A stretch of DNA of 64,000 nt from Acholeplasma sp. (GTDB lineage: Bacteria; Bacillota_I; Bacilli_A; Acholeplasmatales; UBA5453), in contig JAVBWN010000012.1 in NCBI GenBank assembly GCA_036677365.1, positions 96,001 to 160,000 of the forward strand, given 5' to 3'. The translations under genes were made by a program, and so were the position numbers. The notes under the pieces were generated by a model. It saw nothing but the letters and a program-made list of their open reading frames with translations, did not search any database and was not told where the DNA came from. Below, piece by piece: positions 60,622 through 64,000 of this stretch. The stretch's first letter is position 1, and every line of letters starts with the position of its first letter.

Positions 60622-61144
60622 ACTTCTGTTAATCCTCCTTGCTTTATTGTTTGTTTTGACTGCCTGTGGGGAAGTAGACCCAGATCAAATCCGGTTTGAA
60701 CTCACTCCAGGGGTAGACACGGTTGAAATCAATTCAACTTTTGAAGATGCTGGTGTGAGGGCTTCTTACTTTGGGTTACCAATCCAAGTGGAAATCATCG
60801 AAAACACCGTGGATATGAGTGCCATCGGTCAATATCAAATTACGTATCAAATCGATTATCGTGGAATCATTAAAACTTTAACCAGAGTCGTGTTTGTGGT
60901 CGATGAAACCGCACCAATAGGGATACTCAACCCAGGCATCGATACCGTGGTTGTTGGTAATACTTGGACAGACGCCTTTATATCTGCCAGCGACAATTCA
61001 AACGAGGTAGTTTTAATCACAGTAACGGGTTTTGTCAACACAAACTTCGTGGGGAGTTACATGATCACATACACCTTAGAAGATACCTCGGGTAACCAGT
61101 CCATTTATTATCGCTGGGTCTATGTGATGGAAAATATCAACTAA
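60611..61144 (+). CDS. Lipoprotein with two DUF5011 domains
   Basis: MKAK + hydrophobic + LTAC lipobox; PGVDTV/PGIDTV repeats; DTSGN. Confidence 0.85.
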   Translation: MKAKLLLILLALLFVLTACGEVDPDQIRFELTPGVDTVEINSTFEDAGVRASYFGLPIQVEIIENTVDMSAIGQYQITYQIDYRGIIKTLTRVVFVVDETAPIGILNPGIDTVVVGNTWTDAFISASDNSNEVVLITVTGFVNTNFVGSYMITYTLEDTSGNQSIYYRWVYVMENIN

Positions 61145-61201
61145 AGGCACTGAAAAGTGCTTTTTTCTTGATTAATAGCACTATGGGTGTTATTATATGA
61201 A

Positions 61202-61223
61202 TATATGAACAGACATTCATATA
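61202..61223. promoter_or_regulatory. SmtB/ArsR operator
   Basis: TATATGAA-cagaca-TTCATATA inverted repeat just upstream of the arsR RBS. Confidence 0.85.
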
Positions 61224-61237
61224 ATAGGAGGTAACCC

Positions 61238-61582
61238 ATGGAACATCAAAATTGTGGACACGATGTCATCATCAAAGACATCCAACAAAACATCATTCAA
61301 GATACCGACCTCTATTTAATGGTCGATTTATTCAAAGTATTATCCGACCCCACCAGAATCAAGATATTATACGCCATATCGAAACATGAGATTTGTGTGA
61401 ATGACATCGCACAAATTTTAAACATGACTCAAAGCGCAGTATCACACCAACTCAAAAACCTCAAACAAGCCGCGTTGATCAAAAGCAGAAGAGAAGGTCA
61501 AACCATTTATTACCGGTTGAGTGATGACCATGTGCATTTGATCTTCAATCAAGCTTTAGATCACATCCAGGAGTTCAAATGA
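61238..61582 (+). CDS. ArsR/SmtB metal-sensing repressor (alpha-5 site type)
   Basis: LSDPTRIKI, SAVSHQL, DDHV...DHIQE. Confidence 0.93.
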   Translation: MEHQNCGHDVIIKDIQQNIIQDTDLYLMVDLFKVLSDPTRIKILYAISKHEICVNDIAQILNMTQSAVSHQLKNLKQAALIKSRREGQTIYYRLSDDHVHLIFNQALDHIQEFK

Positions 61583-63480
61583 GTACATGTACACATGAAC
61601 ATGACCATCACGATTCTTGTCATGAACATGAACACCATGGGTACTTAAATCTGATTTTGTTTGGGGTAGGTTTATTGTTTTATACCATCGCCTGGTTCAT
61701 TCCATTGGATTGGCTTAAAACCAGTCTATTTTTACTCACCGTTTTACTTTCAGGATACCACGTGATTTTTGAAGGTTTCATCGATACATTTAAGCGTTCA
61801 ATCCATCAAAAACGCTTCATACCCAACATCCACTTACTCATGAGTTTAGGTGCTTTGGGTGCCATCCTCATTGGTGAATACAGTGAAGCGGCACTGCTGA
61901 TATTGATTTTCGCAGGGGCACATTTTTTAGAAGATTTCGCTGAATCTAAAAGCAAAAAAGAAATCACAAGCTTACTGAAGTTAAAACCCAAACAAGCGCG
62001 TAAAATCGATACGAACGGTGAAGTGATTTTGGTCGATGTGGATACACTTAAGTTGGGGGATTCCTTACAGGTTTTACATGGGGATTTAATTCCAGTCGAT
62101 GGCAAAATCACCCAAGGGTATACAACCGTTGATCAATCCGCCATCACTGGGGAGAGTATCCCTGTGGATAAAGGTCCTGAGGATGTCGTTTATGGCAGTA
62201 CACTCAATGTCACACAATCCTTCACGATGGTCGTGACTAAGAATATCGAAGAAACATTGTTTTCTGGTATTTTAAAGATGGTCAGTCAAGCTCAAAAAGA
62301 TTTATCCAAAACCGCCAAATGGATTCAAAAGATAGAACCGATATACGTCACGATTGTACTCATCTTCGCCCCGATATTTTATGTACTTGGGTTATATCTA
62401 TTAGGGTATACAAATGAAGTCGCTTTTTATAAGACCATGGTGTTTTTGATTGGGGCTTCCCCTTGTGCCTTAGCAGCAACAGATATCCCTGCCACTTTAT
62501 CCGCTTTGTCACACTTAGCGAAACGTGGGGTTTTATTTAAGGGTGGGTCTTACTTATCAAACTTCAATGATATTAAAGCCATCGCTTTTGATAAAACAGG
62601 TACGTTAACCCTGGGTAAACCTGAAGTGACCGATGTCATTTGGTTATTTAACGAAGATAAAAAAGAAATCTTGGTATCGATGGAAAAGACATCAAATCAC
62701 CCATTGGCTTTAGCCATTCAAAACCATTTTAAAGGAATTTCAACCATCACACTGGATGTATTACATAAGATCGGTTCAGGGGTAGAAACCACCATCGATG
62801 GTATGACTTATTTTGTAGGCAACAAAACCCACTTCATCGATCCCTCTATGGTGGCCGATGAGATTCAAACCCGACTCGAATTTGAAGGTAAAACCGTTGT
62901 TTTCTTTGGACAGCAAGATCAAATATACTGTGTGATTGGTTTGAAAGACCAACCCAAACCATCCGCAAACCCGACGATTGCATATTTTAGGAAAGCAAAC
63001 ATCAAAACAATCCTCTTGTCTGGGGATACCACAAATACAGCAGTAGCCATTGGACAATCCTTGGGAATGGATGTTATGATTGGTGAGGTGCTCCCGGAAG
63101 ATAAGGCGAATGAAATCATCTCCCTGAAAAAAACCTATGGTAGCGTCGCGATGGTGGGGGATGGGGTCAACGACGCCATCGCTTTGGTCAAAGCTGATAT
63201 TGGTTTTTCTATGAAACAAGGCACCGATGTCGCGATGGCAGTGAGTGACGCGGTATTGATGGATGATGACTTATCCAAATTGGTTTTGACACACAAGATT
63301 AGTCGAAAATTGAGACGTATTGTCATTCAAAACATGATGTTCGCTTTACTCGTGGTTCTGTTTTTAATCACAACCAATCTGGTTTTTTCGATCCAATTAT
63401 CCCTAACCGTATTCATCCATGAAGGCAGTACATTGTTGGTCATCCTCAATGGGCTCAGAATGCTCAAAAATTTGAAATGA
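61579..63480 (+). CDS. P1B-4-type Zn/Cd/Co-transporting ATPase with His-rich N-terminus
   Basis: HEHDHH N-terminus, TGES, SPC, DKTGT, GDGVND, HEGST. Confidence 0.93.
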   Translation: MSTCTHEHDHHDSCHEHEHHGYLNLILFGVGLLFYTIAWFIPLDWLKTSLFLLTVLLSGYHVIFEGFIDTFKRSIHQKRFIPNIHLLMSLGALGAILIGEYSEAALLILIFAGAHFLEDFAESKSKKEITSLLKLKPKQARKIDTNGEVILVDVDTLKLGDSLQVLHGDLIPVDGKITQGYTTVDQSAITGESIPVDKGPEDVVYGSTLNVTQSFTMVVTKNIEETLFSGILKMVSQAQKDLSKTAKWIQKIEPIYVTIVLIFAPIFYVLGLYLLGYTNEVAFYKTMVFLIGASPCALAATDIPATLSALSHLAKRGVLFKGGSYLSNFNDIKAIAFDKTGTLTLGKPEVTDVIWLFNEDKKEILVSMEKTSNHPLALAIQNHFKGISTITLDVLHKIGSGVETTIDGMTYFVGNKTHFIDPSMVADEIQTRLEFEGKTVVFFGQQDQIYCVIGLKDQPKPSANPTIAYFRKANIKTILLSGDTTNTAVAIGQSLGMDVMIGEVLPEDKANEIISLKKTYGSVAMVGDGVNDAIALVKADIGFSMKQGTDVAMAVSDAVLMDDDLSKLVLTHKISRKLRRIVIQNMMFALLVVLFLITTNLVFSIQLSLTVFIHEGSTLLVILNGLRMLKNLK

Positions 63481-63488
63481 AATTGAAT

Positions 63489-63525
63489 ACGAGTTCATCT
63501 CTAAAAAAGGTGAACTCGTTTTCTT
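63489..63525 (+). terminator. Rho-independent terminator
   Basis: ACGAGTTCATCT...AGGTGAACTCGT plus T-rich tail. Confidence 0.7.
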
Positions 63526-63698
63526 TTTACACTATGTGTAGTCAAAAATTGAAACAATTCAAAAATTACCGTGAAGTTTCAATTTTTTCAATAATCATTT
63601 AAATAGAAATCGCTTACATAATTATTTTGACAAACCCCTTTTTATCGACTATACTTTAAATTAGATAGTACTTTTCACGCTATCACTTTAATTTTTAA

Positions 63699-63718
63699 TA
63701 ATCGAAACGTTTCGATTA
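63699..63718. promoter_or_regulatory. Perfect 20-bp palindrome, LacI-family-like operator
   Basis: TAATCGAAACGTTTCGATTA (AAACGTTT core), 30 bp upstream of the next start codon. Confidence 0.75.
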
Positions 63719-63748
63719 CTTGAAATCAATCATGAGGGAGGAAAAGAA

Positions 63749-64000
63749 ATGAAAAAATTGATGTACATTTTGGTTGGCTTACTTCTAGTAACAAGCTTGG
63801 CAGCTTGTGTTCCGGCCGAAGAAACTGTGAAGTACACAGTCACCTTTATGTCTGAGGGTGGGTCTGTCGTATCACCAGTCGAAGTCAACGAAAATGGTTT
63901 AGTTACCAAACCTGCCGACCCAACCAAATCGGGTTATACCTTTGGTGGTTGGTACAAAGAAGAAGCACTTACAAACCCATGGGTTTTCGCAACCGATAAA
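63749..64000 (+). CDS. Lipoprotein with InlB B-repeat (partial; runs off window)
   Basis: GGGAGG RBS; MKKLMYILVGLLLVTSLAAC lipobox; YTVTF...PADPTKSGYTFGGWY. Confidence 0.85.
   Translation, partial: MKKLMYILVGLLLVTSLAACVPAEETVKYTVTFMSEGGSVVSPVEVNENGLVTKPADPTKSGYTFGGWYKEEALTNPWVFATDK

Noticed and set aside
1606..63927. Numerous 60-155 aa ORFs nested in or antisense to long genes
   Set aside because: Shadow ORFs with no motifs or RBS, overlapping well-supported CDSs.
1..64000. Integrase, tRNA/rRNA genes or defined island ends
   Set aside because: None recognised, so the island is inferred from gene content only and no mobile_element boundaries are reported.

Overview
AT-rich bacterial chromosomal window using the standard genetic code (TGA = stop). 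DUF5011/InlB-repeat lipoproteins and fused ABC ATPase-permeases suggest an Acholeplasmatales-like Mollicute (inference). About 4-38 kb looks like a defence/accessory island. It follows a GT4-wecB-wecC sugar cluster and contains, in order: a four-gene operon (C2H2-finger protein, coiled-coil protein, atypical Hsp70, small protein); XRE-hsdM-hsdS-hsdR type I R-M; a RepA/AAA_25 helicase with a structured, duplicated downstream element; a GIY-YIG gene and several pseudogene scars; a tightly coupled operon encoding a giant SF1 helicase, a HEPN protein, a coiled-coil/DUF2997-like protein, a ClpB-D2-like AAA+ ATPase and an orphan NrdG-like radical SAM enzyme; then NERD-UvrD, two more C-terminal-HEPN proteins and a membrane-anchored endonuclease I. 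The right half holds an ADP-ribose module (macro-HTH, vWA, ADP-ribosylglycohydrolases, partly duplicated), an Flp/Fnr-controlled metal ATPase operon, ABC transporters, guaAB, an AbiF/AbiD-like HEPN gene bracketed by two separately promoted copies of a small structured RNA, Fic, a subtilase and an ArsR-P1B ATPase pair. Best candidates for undescribed systems: the helicase-HEPN-AAA-radical SAM operon, the C2H2/Hsp70 operon and the twin-sRNA Abi locus. All family calls come from motif reading by eye; no database search was run.
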